A DNA stretch of 64,000 nt from Acidocella sp. (GCF_027352905.1 NZ_DAIEIF010000037.1:23754-87753); one strand, 5' to 3'. Shown: positions 29,338 to 39,029, counted from the stretch's first letter. Made by a program: numbers and translations. Notes: generated by a model from the sequence alone, not told the origin.

Positions 29338-30768
29338 TCAAGTTTCAAGCATGCGCCGCAGCAGCTCGATATCCTCGGCAAAGGCGGCATCCCGCTCCGC
29401 CAGCTCGGTCACGCGGGCGACGGCATGCATGACCGTGGTGTGGTCACGGTTGCCGAAATGGCGGCCGATATCCGGTAGGCTCTTGGAGGTGAGCTGTTTG
29501 GCCAGATACATCGCCACCTGACGGGGGCGCGCCACATTCTGCGCCCGCCGGGCAGAGGACATCTCCGCCAGGCGAATGTTGTAATGCTCGCAGACCCGCT
29601 TTTGAATTTCTTGGATCGAGATCTTGCGGTCATGCGCCTTCAATACGTCGTGAAGAACCTCGTGCGCGGTATCCAGCGTCACCTGCCGGCTGAAAAGATT
29701 GGCATGTGCCACCAGCCGGTTGAGCGCGCCTTCCAGCTCCCGGTTATTGCTGGTGATCTTGCGCGCCAGGAATTCCAGCACCTTGGCGGGAACCTCCACC
29801 CCGGCGCGCTGCGCCTTGGCCTCGAGGATGGAATAACGCAGCTCGAAAGTGGTGGCATGGAGATCGGCGACCATGCCGCAGCCCAGCCGGGTCCGCAGCC
29901 GGTCCTCCAGGCCCGAGAGATCGGAGGGGGATTTATCGGCGGAGATGACGATCTGCTTGCCCGCGTCGACTAGCGCATTGAAGGTATGGAAGAATTCTTC
30001 CTGGGTATTGTCCTTGCCGATGAGGAATTGCAGATCGTCGATCATCAGCACATCGACGCTGCGCAGCTCGTTCTTGAATTCGAGGGTGGATTGCGACCGC
30101 AGGGCGCTGATAAAACGGTACATGAACCGCTCGGCCGACATATAGGCAACCGAGACGGCGCGGCCGCCGCCAGGCCGGGCCGCCAGCTCCCAGGCGATGG
30201 CATGCATCAGATGAGTCTTGCCCAGCCCGACGCCGCCATAGAGAAACAGCGGGTTGAACCCGGGGGTGGCTGGAGCCTCGGCCACCCGGCGGGCGCAGGC
30301 ATAGGCGAATTCGTTGGGCTTGCCGACCACGAAGGTCTCGAAGGTAAAGCGCTGGTCGAGGGCGGAAACCGGCTCCTGCCGTTTGGGCGTGGCGGCAAGG
30401 GCGGGCTGGGCCGGCTCGGCGAGGTCCGGCGCGGCCGGACGGGCGGAGGGGGCGCCGGCGCGGAACTCCACTCGCTTCACGGCCGGGTTCACCTGCCGCC
30501 AGAACTCGGCGATCAACTCGCCATATTCCTTGTTCACCCAGTCACGCAAAAAGCGGGTGGGCAGCATGACCACCGCCTCATCTCCCGCCAGCCCGGCGAA
30601 GCTCACCTGTTTCAGCCAAGTGCGGTATTCGACCTCGCCGACCTCGGCGAGTAGGCAGGCCCGCACCCGGGCCCACTGCTCGGCGAGCCGTGTCTCATTC
30701 TGCCAGGACACCGCCAGGGATGCGCCGTTGCTCTTGTCCGAAGACCCGATCTCCAGATTCATACCCAT
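29338..30768 (-). CDS. dnaA: Chromosomal replication initiator DnaA
   Basis: FETFVVGKPN, NPLFLYGGVGLGKTHLMHA, LMIDDLQF, RLRTRLGCG, RELEGA, RPRQVAMYL, RDHTTVMHA. Start uncertain (30789, 30768 or 30762). Confidence 0.98.
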   Translation of the reverse strand: MGMNLEIGSSDKSNGASLAVSWQNETRLAEQWARVRACLLAEVGEVEYRTWLKQVSFAGLAGDEAVVMLPTRFLRDWVNKEYGELIAEFWRQVNPAVKRVEFRAGAPSARPAAPDLAEPAQPALAATPKRQEPVSALDQRFTFETFVVGKPNEFAYACARRVAEAPATPGFNPLFLYGGVGLGKTHLMHAIAWELAARPGGGRAVSVAYMSAERFMYRFISALRSQSTLEFKNELRSVDVLMIDDLQFLIGKDNTQEEFFHTFNALVDAGKQIVISADKSPSDLSGLEDRLRTRLGCGMVADLHATTFELRYSILEAKAQRAGVEVPAKVLEFLARKITSNNRELEGALNRLVAHANLFSRQVTLDTAHEVLHDVLKAHDRKISIQEIQKRVCEHYNIRLAEMSSARRAQNVARPRQVAMYLAKQLTSKSLPDIGRHFGNRDHTTVMHAVARVTELAERDAAFAEDIELLRRMLET

Positions 30769-31132
30769 GCCGATTCGCTTACCTGTCAAATGTCATGTCT
30801 TGCCGCCCCTGAATACAACCTCTAATTGAGATGTCTTCAAAAAATGAGACGGAGCGGAAACCGTAATTGAGGCTCGAAGACTACCTTCAAACAGAGGCTG
30901 GGGCAAGCAGAGTGAGTCTGTGCCGGCACGGCCAATCCACTGACCCTCTTTTTTTTTCCTATAAAATCAATACTTTATTTTATGCTAAATTGTTTGTCGG
31001 CAGAATCCCGCTCTTTTGGAACAAACATCTGTCCCCTCAAACAGAAAAACCATCACCTCGTTGTAATACAACAAGATGACGGCGAGATAGGCTGTCTTAG
31101 AAAAAAAACTCGACGGCCGGCGCAGCGCTACC

Positions 31133-31405
31133 TTAGGGTGTGGCGGCGATAGCTTTCACCCGCGCAGAAAGCCGGGACAGCTTCCTGGAAACGGTATTGG
31201 CTTTGAGCACACCCTTGCTGGCGGCGCGCTGCATCTCGGGTTGTGCAGCGCAAAAAGCGGATTGCGCGGCCTCTTTATCTCCCGCGGCTACCGCCTCCTC
31301 AACCTTCCGGATAAAACTATGAACGCGGGATTTGCGCGCCTTGTTGCGCGCCGTGCGTTTCAATGTCTGGCGGATGCGTTTCTGAGCAGATGCGATATTA
31401 GCCAT
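31133..31405 (-). CDS. rpsT: 30S ribosomal protein S20
   Basis: [13 protein letters not shown]...RNKARKSRV...[16 protein letters not shown]. Confidence 0.98.
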   Translation of the reverse strand: MANIASAQKRIRQTLKRTARNKARKSRVHSFIRKVEEAVAAGDKEAAQSAFCAAQPEMQRAASKGVLKANTVSRKLSRLSARVKAIAATP

Positions 31406-31434
31406 GATATCCGAATAAATGATAGTGAGCGCGC

Positions 31435-31463
31435 CCTCTATCGCGGCCTTTGCCTCGCGTCAA
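31435..31463 (-). promoter_or_regulatory. Sigma70-type promoter of rpsT
   Basis: Minus strand TTGACG(31463-31458)-N17-TAGAGG(31440-31435). Confidence 0.65.
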
Positions 31464-31510
31464 GCGGTGAGGCCTCGCCGCCACGGGTGGGAGGCATGCG
31501 CCGCGGCCGC

Positions 31511-31855
31511 TTATTCCTGGATGACCCATGCCTTGCGCATGGGTGAGAGCACTTCCCAAGTACCCGTGAAGCCAGGTTCGATGACGAAGCGGTCCCCCGG
31601 CCCCGCCTCGATCCTGCGGCCGTCATCGACTTCGATGACGCAGGCGCCGGAGAGCATTTCGATATACTCCCATTCCGTATAAGAAATGCGCCATTTGCCC
31701 GGGCTCGCCTCCCATTCGCCGGCGGCGAGGCGGCGGGCGGCGTTCTCGTACAAGACGAAGGTGCGGGTTTTCGGAGAGCCGCTGACCAGCCGGTCCGCCG
31801 CAACATCTTCCCATTCCGCTATGCCGGGGCGCGGTAAGAGGGAAAGCCGGCTCAT
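31511..31855 (-). CDS. Cupin (DUF861/cupin_3, EutQ-like) protein
   Basis: GEWEASPGKW, EYIEMLSG, GPGDRFVIEPGFTGTWEV. Confidence 0.85.
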   Translation of the reverse strand: MSRLSLLPRPGIAEWEDVAADRLVSGSPKTRTFVLYENAARRLAAGEWEASPGKWRISYTEWEYIEMLSGACVIEVDDGRRIEAGPGDRFVIEPGFTGTWEVLSPMRKAWVIQE

Positions 31856-32535
31856 TGCGCCGGGCCGCCCAGAGCGTTAGCCCCGGGAAGAGAGGTGGGG
31901 GTAGCGCCGCCGGGGGCGGCGGGCGGCGCGGGAAGCGGGGTCGCCTGAACCGCTCCGCCGCCGGCGCTGGCCGCTCCAGCCCCAGCCGCGCCGGCATTGG
32001 TCCAGGAGAGCCAGTTCGGCAGATTATGCTGGATTTGATATTGCAACTGCACATTCATCTGGGTCATCAGCGTCTGGGTGAGGTTATAGAGCGCGGCGCG
32101 CAGCGCATCCTTGTCGCCGGCATCCGGGGCGGTCTGGCTGGCGGTCACGCTGGCCTCGGTAAAGCCGGTGGCGCGCCCGTCCGCGCTGGCGAGGTTGATA
32201 TCCACGACCATCGCCCCGGTCAGGTTGCCATTGACCTTATCAACATAGGCGGTCTGCACCGTCACCGTCGCCGTGCCGGGCTGGCCCGCGGGCTGCAGCC
32301 GCTGGCGCAGCATCGTCAGCAGCGTCTCCGCCGGAGGGGCGGGGTCCAGCCCCGCCATCTCGGCCTGGGAGGGGGTCGGCACATAGTGATCCGTGACGTT
32401 CACCTGACTCACCTTGAGCAGGATCGGCGGAAGATAAGAATAATTCAAGGGCTGAAAGGTCTGCGCGGGCGGGGTCGAGCCGCAGGCGGAGAGCGCCAGC
32501 AAAGGCAGAGCAAAGACGAGATTTCTTGGTTTCAT
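31852..32535 (-). CDS. Hypothetical lipoprotein
   Basis: Lipobox LALSAC; ATGA-type overlap with the cupin gene; low-complexity C-terminal tail. Confidence 0.75.
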   Translation of the reverse strand: MKPRNLVFALPLLALSACGSTPPAQTFQPLNYSYLPPILLKVSQVNVTDHYVPTPSQAEMAGLDPAPPAETLLTMLRQRLQPAGQPGTATVTVQTAYVDKVNGNLTGAMVVDINLASADGRATGFTEASVTASQTAPDAGDKDALRAALYNLTQTLMTQMNVQLQYQIQHNLPNWLSWTNAGAAGAGAASAGGGAVQATPLPAPPAAPGGATPTSLPGANALGGPAQ

Positions 32536-32536
32536 G

Positions 32537-33496
32537 TCAGGCTCCTGCCTCGGTCGGGTTGGGCCGCCCGGTCACGTCGTCACGGGCGAACCGGAAATCG
32601 AAATTGCAGAATTCACAGGTCATCACGATCTCTCCCTCCACCGCCATATGGTCGAGATCATCCGGGGGGAAACCCTCCAATATGCCACCCAGGCGCTGGC
32701 GCGAGCAACGGCAGCCAAAGCTCAGCGCCCGGGGACGCGCCGCCGCCACCCCCTCGCCATGGAACAGGCGGTAGAGCAGCCGCTCGGGCGGCAAGGCATC
32801 GTCCAGCAACTCCGCCCGGCTCAAGGTCGCGGCCAACATGCAGGCGGTGCGCCAGGCCTCCTCCTGCCCGGCCTCGGAAAGCTCCGGCGCCACCCCGCCT
32901 GCGCCCGCCACCCGCTCCAGCAGCAGGGCGGAGGCGCGCCAGCCCGCGGAGGTTTCCTCCGCCGCGAGAAAAACGCGGGCCGGCATTTGCTCAGAGGTGG
33001 CAAAATAAAACTCGGCGATTTCCGCCAGGGTTTCCCCCTCGATGGCGACGATGCCCTGACTGGGCTCCCGCTCCAGACCCTGATCGACGGTAAAGGCGAT
33101 GAAACCCTTCCCCAGCATCTGGCGCGCGGTTGCGTTTTCCGGGATCTCCGCGTCCCCGGCCACTCTTGCATAGCCGCGCAGCGCCCCGGCCTCGGTGCAA
33201 TCGGTCAGCAGCGTCGGCACGGGGCCGTCGCCGCGAATTTGGACCGAGAAAGAGCCTTTGAATTTCAGCGCGGTGGAAAGTCCGGCCGTCAGCGCCAGCG
33301 CCTCGCCCAGCAAACGGCGCACCGGCGGCGGATGCTCCTCGTGACGGGAAAGCAAGGTGGCGGCGAGCGGCCCGAGCCGCACCAGCCGTCCCCGCACCGG
33401 GCGGTCGGGCAGGTAGAAAGGCGTCACGCCGCGCGGCACGGAAAGGTCGGGCACTCGCGGCCGGTTGGAATCGAGAAAAGCCGGCAACTCTGTCAT
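32537..33496 (-). CDS. hslO: Redox-regulated chaperone Hsp33
   Basis: VRGRLVRL, IRGDGP, QGIVAIEG, YFATSEQ, CRCS and CEFC zinc motif. Confidence 0.95.
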   Translation of the reverse strand: MTELPAFLDSNRPRVPDLSVPRGVTPFYLPDRPVRGRLVRLGPLAATLLSRHEEHPPPVRRLLGEALALTAGLSTALKFKGSFSVQIRGDGPVPTLLTDCTEAGALRGYARVAGDAEIPENATARQMLGKGFIAFTVDQGLEREPSQGIVAIEGETLAEIAEFYFATSEQMPARVFLAAEETSAGWRASALLLERVAGAGGVAPELSEAGQEEAWRTACMLAATLSRAELLDDALPPERLLYRLFHGEGVAAARPRALSFGCRCSRQRLGGILEGFPPDDLDHMAVEGEIVMTCEFCNFDFRFARDDVTGRPNPTEAGA

Positions 33497-33528
33497 GGTG
33501 ACTCTCAGATAAGCATGTTTTGCCGCCG

Positions 33529-33557
33529 TTGCCATAAGCGTTCCGGCGGTCTAGCGG
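33529..33557 (+). promoter_or_regulatory. Promoter of hldE placed for leaderless transcription
   Basis: TTGCCA-N17-TAGCGG-N6-ATG(33564); no SD sequence. Confidence 0.6.
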
Positions 33558-33563
33558 TTTTCC

Positions 33564-35048
33564 ATGCCGCAAACCTCCGCCCGCGCCGCTTTGTCCGATT
33601 CCACCGCCGATCTCAGCGCTCATCTGCGCCGGTTCTCCCGCGCCAGCGTGCTGGTGGTCGGGGACGCGATGCTCGACCGTTATGTCTATGGCGAGGTTTC
33701 GCGCGTCAGCCCGGAGGCGCCGGTGCCCATCGTCACCGTCACCCGCGAGGTGGCGATGCCGGGCGGTGCCGGCAATGTCGTGCGCAACCTCACCGCGCTG
33801 GGCGCCTCGGCCGCCTTCGTCTCGGTGGTGGGAGATGATCAGGCCGGGTCCGACCTCACCGGCCTCATCGGCGGGCAGGCGCGGGTCGAGCCCTGGCTCC
33901 TCGTGCAGAACGGCCGTACCACCACGCTGAAAACCCGCTATATCTCCCAAGGCCAGCACCTTATCCGCGCCGACCGGGAGGAAACCCTCTCTCTACCGGA
34001 GAAGCTTGGCGAGCGCCTTATCCGCATCGCCTTGGACGCGATGGCCGCCACCACCGTCACCGTGCTCTCCGACTACCGCAAAGGCCTGCTCAGCGAGCAT
34101 GTTTGCGCGGCGCTGATCGCGGGGGCGCGCCAGCTTGGCCGCCGCCTGGTCGTGGACCCCAAGGGGCGCGATTATACCCGTTATCACGGCGCGGATCTCG
34201 TCACGCCCAACCGGCGCGAACTCGCGGAGGCCACCGGCCTGCCGGTGGAGACGGAGGCGGAGATCACCGTGGCCGCGCGCGCTCTGCTCGCCCAGCATGA
34301 ATTTGGCGCGGTGCTGGTCACCCGCTCCGAGGATGGGATGACCCTCGTCACGCCGGGGGATGTACGGCATTACCCTGGCGAGGCGCGGGAGGTGTACGAT
34401 GTCTCCGGGGCGGGAGACACGGTGGTGGCAACCCTGGCCGCCGCCCTCGCCGCCGAGACGCCGCTCCCCGAGGCCGCCCGCCTCGCCAACATCGCGGCGG
34501 GTATCGTCGTCGGCAAGGTGGGCACCGCCGTGGCCCGCCCGGCGGAAATCCTGGATGCCATCGCCCCCGCCACCGGGGCTTTGCGCAAGGTCGTCTCCCC
34601 CGCCGCCGCCGCCGAGGCCGCCGAGCGCTGGCGTCTGCGCGGCTACCGCGTGGGCTTCACCAATGGCTGTTTCGACCTGCTGCACCCAGGCCACGTGCAT
34701 TTGCTGGAGCAATGCCGCGCCTTGTGCGACCGGCTGATCGTCGGCATCAATTCAGATGCCTCGGTGAAGCGGCTGAAAGGCCCTTCCCGCCCGGCCCAGG
34801 GCGAGGCCGCGCGCGCCGCCGTGCTCGCCTCCCTCGCCTCGGTGGATCTCGTCTGCCTGTTCGAGGAGGATACGCCGCTCGATCTGATCCGGCTCATCCG
34901 TCCGGACGTGCTGATCAAAGGCGCGGATTACACGCGCGAGACAGTGGTGGGCGCGGATCTGGTGGAAGGCTGGGGCGGCACGGTGGCGCTGGCGGAGCTG
35001 TTGCCGGGCCATTCCACCACCGCCACGCTGGCGCGGCTGCGGGGATGA
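33564..35048 (+). CDS. hldE: Bifunctional heptose-7-phosphate kinase / heptose-1-phosphate adenylyltransferase
   Basis: VVGDAMLDRY..RVSPEAPVP, PGGAGNV, LSDYRKG, TPNRRE, DVSGAGDT; FTNGCFDLLHPGHV, NSDASVKRLKG, KGADY. Confidence 0.94.
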   Translation: MPQTSARAALSDSTADLSAHLRRFSRASVLVVGDAMLDRYVYGEVSRVSPEAPVPIVTVTREVAMPGGAGNVVRNLTALGASAAFVSVVGDDQAGSDLTGLIGGQARVEPWLLVQNGRTTTLKTRYISQGQHLIRADREETLSLPEKLGERLIRIALDAMAATTVTVLSDYRKGLLSEHVCAALIAGARQLGRRLVVDPKGRDYTRYHGADLVTPNRRELAEATGLPVETEAEITVAARALLAQHEFGAVLVTRSEDGMTLVTPGDVRHYPGEAREVYDVSGAGDTVVATLAAALAAETPLPEAARLANIAAGIVVGKVGTAVARPAEILDAIAPATGALRKVVSPAAAAEAAERWRLRGYRVGFTNGCFDLLHPGHVHLLEQCRALCDRLIVGINSDASVKRLKGPSRPAQGEAARAAVLASLASVDLVCLFEEDTPLDLIRLIRPDVLIKGADYTRETVVGADLVEGWGGTVALAELLPGHSTTATLARLRG

Positions 35049-35728
35049 GCGCCTTCCTGCCGATTGGTCCCGAAGTGGATGGCTGGCCCCGGCCCCCGCC
35101 CTCACGCCAAAAATTCCAGGGGGGCCGCGTGGTGCTGGAGCCGCTCGCGCGCCGCCACGCTGCTGAGCTGTTTGCCGCGCAAGGCGAGGATGATGCGGGT
35201 TTCACCTATCTCTCCTTTGGCCCCTGGCGGAGCGTGGCTGAGGTGGAGGTTTTCATCGCCGAACATTACGCCGACCCGGCCACCGCCTTCTGGGCGGTGC
35301 GTCCGCTCGCCACAGGGCGGGCGAGCGGCTTTCTCTCGCTGCTGAACATCGAGCCGCGCCACGCCGCCATCGAGCTCGGCAATATCTGGTTCGGGCCGGA
35401 GTTGCGCCGCACCCGCGCCGCGACCGAGGCGATGTATCTGCTCCTGCGCCACGCCGCGGATGATCTCGGCTATCGCCGCCTCGTCTGGAAATGCAATGCG
35501 CTGAATGAGCCTTCCCGCCGCGCCGCGCAACGGCTCGGTTTCACCCATGAGGGCACACTGCGCGCGCATATGGTGGTGAAGGGCCGCTCCCGCGACACGG
35601 CGATGTTTTCCATCCTCGCCGGGGAATGGCCGCCCCGGCGCGACGCCATCCTCGCCTGGCTGGAAGAGACGAATTTCGACGCGGAGGGGAATTCGGTCAG
35701 ACCTCTGGCTTCGTTTCGGCCAGGTTGA
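35045..35728 (+). CDS. GNAT acetyltransferase, RimJ/RimL family
   Basis: IELGNIWFG, LGYRRLVWKCNALNEPSRRAAQRLGFTHEG, KGRSRDTAMFSIL. ATGA overlap with hldE. Confidence 0.9.
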   Translation: MSAFLPIGPEVDGWPRPPPSRQKFQGGRVVLEPLARRHAAELFAAQGEDDAGFTYLSFGPWRSVAEVEVFIAEHYADPATAFWAVRPLATGRASGFLSLLNIEPRHAAIELGNIWFGPELRRTRAATEAMYLLLRHAADDLGYRRLVWKCNALNEPSRRAAQRLGFTHEGTLRAHMVVKGRSRDTAMFSILAGEWPPRRDAILAWLEETNFDAEGNSVRPLASFRPG

Positions 35729-35775
35729 GGGCGGTGGTCAGACTGCCGCGCCTGACCGCTTGAGGCGCTGTCACC

Positions 35776-36055
35776 TCACGAAACCACTGTGAATGAAGCG
35801 GTTTCTATCGCTGCCGGGCGAACCTCAGCGCCATCGCCCACTCGCCGGAGGATAAGCCTGGCAGGGGATTTTGGCGCTGGTAGAGCAAAGGCATGACAGC
35901 CGCTGCCCAGACCACGCTCGCCTGCCCGCGCCGCCAGCCGCGCGCGCACCCGCTCCAATGGGTATCCGTCTTCTACTAAGGGCAGGCACAAGGGCGGAAT
36001 TTTGGCGTCGGGATAAAATACGGCAATTCCCCGGCATTATGGCACTGCCGCTCAT
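35776..36055 (-). pseudogene. Cryptic ~92-aa gene apparently interrupted by one extra G (or a 76-aa ORF if read as is)
   Basis: Promoter TTGCGG-N17-TACTGT, RBS GGAAGG, ATG 36055. Removing one G from the G4 run at 36032-36029 joins MSGSAIMP to GIAVFYPDAKIPPLCLPLVEDGYPLERV..., ending TGA 35776. Confidence 0.45.
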
Positions 36056-36097
36056 GGCTGCCTTCCCCAATTAATGAAACAGTACCATAATTTTGCC

Positions 36098-36123
36098 GAA
36101 ACCGCAAGGAATGGAAGGTGAAC
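36098..36123. promoter_or_regulatory. LexA-box-like direct repeats (alphaproteobacterial GAAC-N7-GAAC type)
   Basis: GAAA-N7-GAAT-N7-GAAC at 36098, 36109 and 36120, between uvrB and the cryptic gene. Confidence 0.4.
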
Positions 36124-36188
36124 TCGCCACCGCATGGCCGCTCCCCCAACCCTTCCACCTCGCGGGGCGCGCCCTATATTAGCCTGTC

Positions 36189-38360
36189 ATGTCCAGTGCC
36201 GCTCTCAGCCCCATGCCGCTGACCTTCATCCCCGAGAAACAGCCGCCCCGGAAGCTGCAAAAGCCGTTGCGCGTCGTCTCGGAATACGAGCCGAGCGGCG
36301 ACCAGCCCAGCGCCATCGCCCAGCTGGTTCAGGGCGTGGAGGCGCGGGAGCGTGACCAGGTGCTGCTCGGCGTCACCGGCTCGGGCAAGACCTTCACCAT
36401 GGCCAAGATCATCGAGGCGGCGCAGCGCCCGGCGCTGATCCTCGCCCCCAACAAGACGCTGGCCGCCCAGCTCTATGCCGAGATGAAAGGGTTTTTTCCC
36501 GATAACGCGGTCGAATATTTCGTCTCCTATTATGATTACTATCAGCCGGAGGCCTATGTCCCGCGCTCGGACACTTACATAGAAAAAGACAGCGCCATCA
36601 ACGAGACCATAGACCGCATGCGCCACGCCGCCACCCAGGCGCTGCTGGAGCGCGGCGATGTCATCATCGTCGCGTCCGTCTCCTGCATTTATGGTATCGG
36701 CTCGGTGGAGACCTATTCCAAGATGGTGGTGCGGCTGGAAACCGGCGGGCGCATCGAGCGCGATGCGCTCGCCCGGGCGCTGGTGGAGCTGCAATACCGG
36801 CGCAACGATGCCGGCTTCGCCCGCGGCTGCTTCCGCCTGCGCGGCGAGACGGTGGATATTTTCCCCTCCCAATACGAGGACCGGGCCTGGCGCGTCACCC
36901 TGTTCGGGGACGAGATCGAGAAAATCGTGGAGTTCGACCCGCTGACCGGTGAGCAGACGGCGGCGCTCGACACCATCTCCATCTACGCCAACTCCCATTA
37001 CGTGACACCGCGTCCGACCCTGACCCAGGCCATTGCCCGCATCAAGGTGGAGCTCAAGCAACGGCTTGAGGAGCTCACCGCCAGCGGCAAGCTGCTGGAA
37101 GCCGAGCGGCTGCTTCAGCGCACCACCTTCGACATCGAGATGATGGAGACCACCGGGTCCTGCAAAGGAATCGAGAATTATTCCCGCTATCTCTCGGGCC
37201 GTAACCCGGGCGAGCCGCCGCCCACCTTGTTTGAATACCTGCCCGAGAACGCCCTGCTCTTCGTGGATGAAAGCCATGTCACGGTTCCGCAGATCGGCGG
37301 CATGTTCAAGGGGGATTACAGCCGCAAATCCATCCTCGCCGAATACGGCTTCCGCCTGCCGAGCTGCGTGGATAACCGGCCATTGAAATTCGAGGAATGG
37401 GACAGTTTCCGCCCGCAAAGCCTCTTTGTCTCGGCCACGCCCGGCCCGTGGGAGCTGGAGCGCACGGGGGGCGTCTTCGCAGAGCAGGTGATCCGCCCGA
37501 CCGGGTTGGTCGATCCCATGACCGAGATCCGCCCGGTCGAGCACCAGGTTGACGACCTGCTGGGCGAGGTCCGGCAAGTCGCCCGGCGCGGCGGGCGCGT
37601 GCTGGTAACCACCCTGACCAAGCGCATGGCGGAGGATTTGACCGAATATCTCACCGAGCAAGGCGTGCGTGTGCGCTATCTTCATTCTGATGTGGACACG
37701 CTGGAGCGGATCGAGATCATCCGCGATTTACGGCTCGGAGCCTATGATGTTCTCGTCGGCATCAATCTGCTGCGCGAGGGGCTGGACATCCCCGAATGCA
37801 TGCTGGTCGCCATTCTCGACGCGGATAAGGAAGGGTTTCTGCGCTCCGTCACCTCGCTGATTCAGACGATTGGCCGCGCAGCTCGCAATGTGGAAGGCCG
37901 CGTGATTCTTTACGCCGACACCATGACCAACTCCCTGCGCCAGGCCATCGAGGAAACCGAGCGGCGCCGCGCCAAGCAAATCGCCTGGAACGAGGCGCAC
38001 GGCATCACACCGCAATCCGTGCGCAAGAATATCGGCGAGGTGATCCACTCGGTATTCGAGCAGGATTATGTGACCGTGGCCCCCGTGAAACATTCCGGCA
38101 TCGATGAATTTGTCGGCAAGGATCTGGGCGCGGCGATCGCCACGCTGGAAGCGCGGATGCGGGCGGCGGCGGCGGATCTCGAATTCGAGGAGGCGGCGCG
38201 GCTGCGCGACGAGGTCAAGCGGCTGGAAGCGCTGGCCCTGGGCATGGAGCCGCCGCCCGCGCCAAACCGGGCGCCGGCCAAACCCAAGGGGCCCGTGCCG
38301 CTCGGCCCTGGCGGCGGCGGATACGATCCCGCCCGGCGCCGGATGAGAGCGCGGCGCTGA
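36189..38360 (+). CDS. uvrB: Excinuclease ABC subunit B
   Basis: [67 protein letters not shown] domain [10 protein letters not shown]. Confidence 0.99.
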   Translation: MSSAALSPMPLTFIPEKQPPRKLQKPLRVVSEYEPSGDQPSAIAQLVQGVEARERDQVLLGVTGSGKTFTMAKIIEAAQRPALILAPNKTLAAQLYAEMKGFFPDNAVEYFVSYYDYYQPEAYVPRSDTYIEKDSAINETIDRMRHAATQALLERGDVIIVASVSCIYGIGSVETYSKMVVRLETGGRIERDALARALVELQYRRNDAGFARGCFRLRGETVDIFPSQYEDRAWRVTLFGDEIEKIVEFDPLTGEQTAALDTISIYANSHYVTPRPTLTQAIARIKVELKQRLEELTASGKLLEAERLLQRTTFDIEMMETTGSCKGIENYSRYLSGRNPGEPPPTLFEYLPENALLFVDESHVTVPQIGGMFKGDYSRKSILAEYGFRLPSCVDNRPLKFEEWDSFRPQSLFVSATPGPWELERTGGVFAEQVIRPTGLVDPMTEIRPVEHQVDDLLGEVRQVARRGGRVLVTTLTKRMAEDLTEYLTEQGVRVRYLHSDVDTLERIEIIRDLRLGAYDVLVGINLLREGLDIPECMLVAILDADKEGFLRSVTSLIQTIGRAARNVEGRVILYADTMTNSLRQAIEETERRRAKQIAWNEAHGITPQSVRKNIGEVIHSVFEQDYVTVAPVKHSGIDEFVGKDLGAAIATLEARMRAAAADLEFEEAARLRDEVKRLEALALGMEPPPAPNRAPAKPKGPVPLGPGGGGYDPARRRMRARR

Positions 38361-38477
38361 AACGAGATCATGATTATCCTTTATTAAAAATAAATTCTGT
38401 TTCAAAACACAATCGGAGTTAATCTGGCCGGAACCGGGCCCGTGAATGGTCCGGCGAGGTTAATCAAAGGGGACGTC

Positions 38478-38987
38478 ATGAAAAGGAACACCATGAAACG
38501 GCGTTTTTTTGGCCTGGCTCTGGCCTTATTGCTTACATGGGGCGGCGTGGCGGCGGCAGACAGCCCCGCCGCCGAATCGCCGGCCTTGGCCAAACTTCAG
38601 CAAATGGTTGAGAATTTGGGCTATAGCGTTACGCCCTCCTCCGATAATCAGAGTTTTAGCATCCAATGGCAGGCGCATTACAATTATACGTTGAATTTCG
38701 AGGTGTCCAAGGATAGCACCCTCGCCTATGCTTACGTGAAATTGGGAACCCTGGACGAAGCCCACTTGGCCAAATTGAACTATGCTGGACTTCTGGAAGC
38801 CAGCGATACCGGAGATTACTATTTTTCCATGGAAAAACGGGCTGATGGCAAAAGCGAATCCCTCTTCGCGAATACAATCCTGCCCCTCAGCAACCTGACC
38901 CCCGAGCAGCTTCGCGGCCTGCTGCAAGCCATGGCCAATAAGCTGGATGGCAGTGCCGCGCTTTGGGATTCCAGCCTGTGGAAATGA
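38478..38987 (+). CDS. Exported hypothetical protein, possible YbjN/CesT-like fold
   Basis: Signal peptide, RBS AAAGGGGA, visibly lower GC. The fold guess comes from pattern only. Confidence 0.65.
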   Translation: MKRNTMKRRFFGLALALLLTWGGVAAADSPAAESPALAKLQQMVENLGYSVTPSSDNQSFSIQWQAHYNYTLNFEVSKDSTLAYAYVKLGTLDEAHLAKLNYAGLLEASDTGDYYFSMEKRADGKSESLFANTILPLSNLTPEQLRGLLQAMANKLDGSAALWDSSLWK

Positions 38988-39029
38988 CCCGGGTTTGACG
39001 CCGCCCGAGGAGCGGGCATACTGCGCGGC

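Noticed and set aside
30790-31132. oriC call and the 70-aa ORF 30867-31079
   Set aside because: No convincing DnaA-box cluster or parS, so not called an origin. The ORF has no RBS and fits an AT-rich spacer.
35870-35950. tRNA-like TGGTAGAGCA segment
   Set aside because: No T-loop (GTTCRA), acceptor stem or anticodon arm.
36174-37685. 503-aa minus-strand ORF
   Set aside because: Antisense shadow of uvrB.
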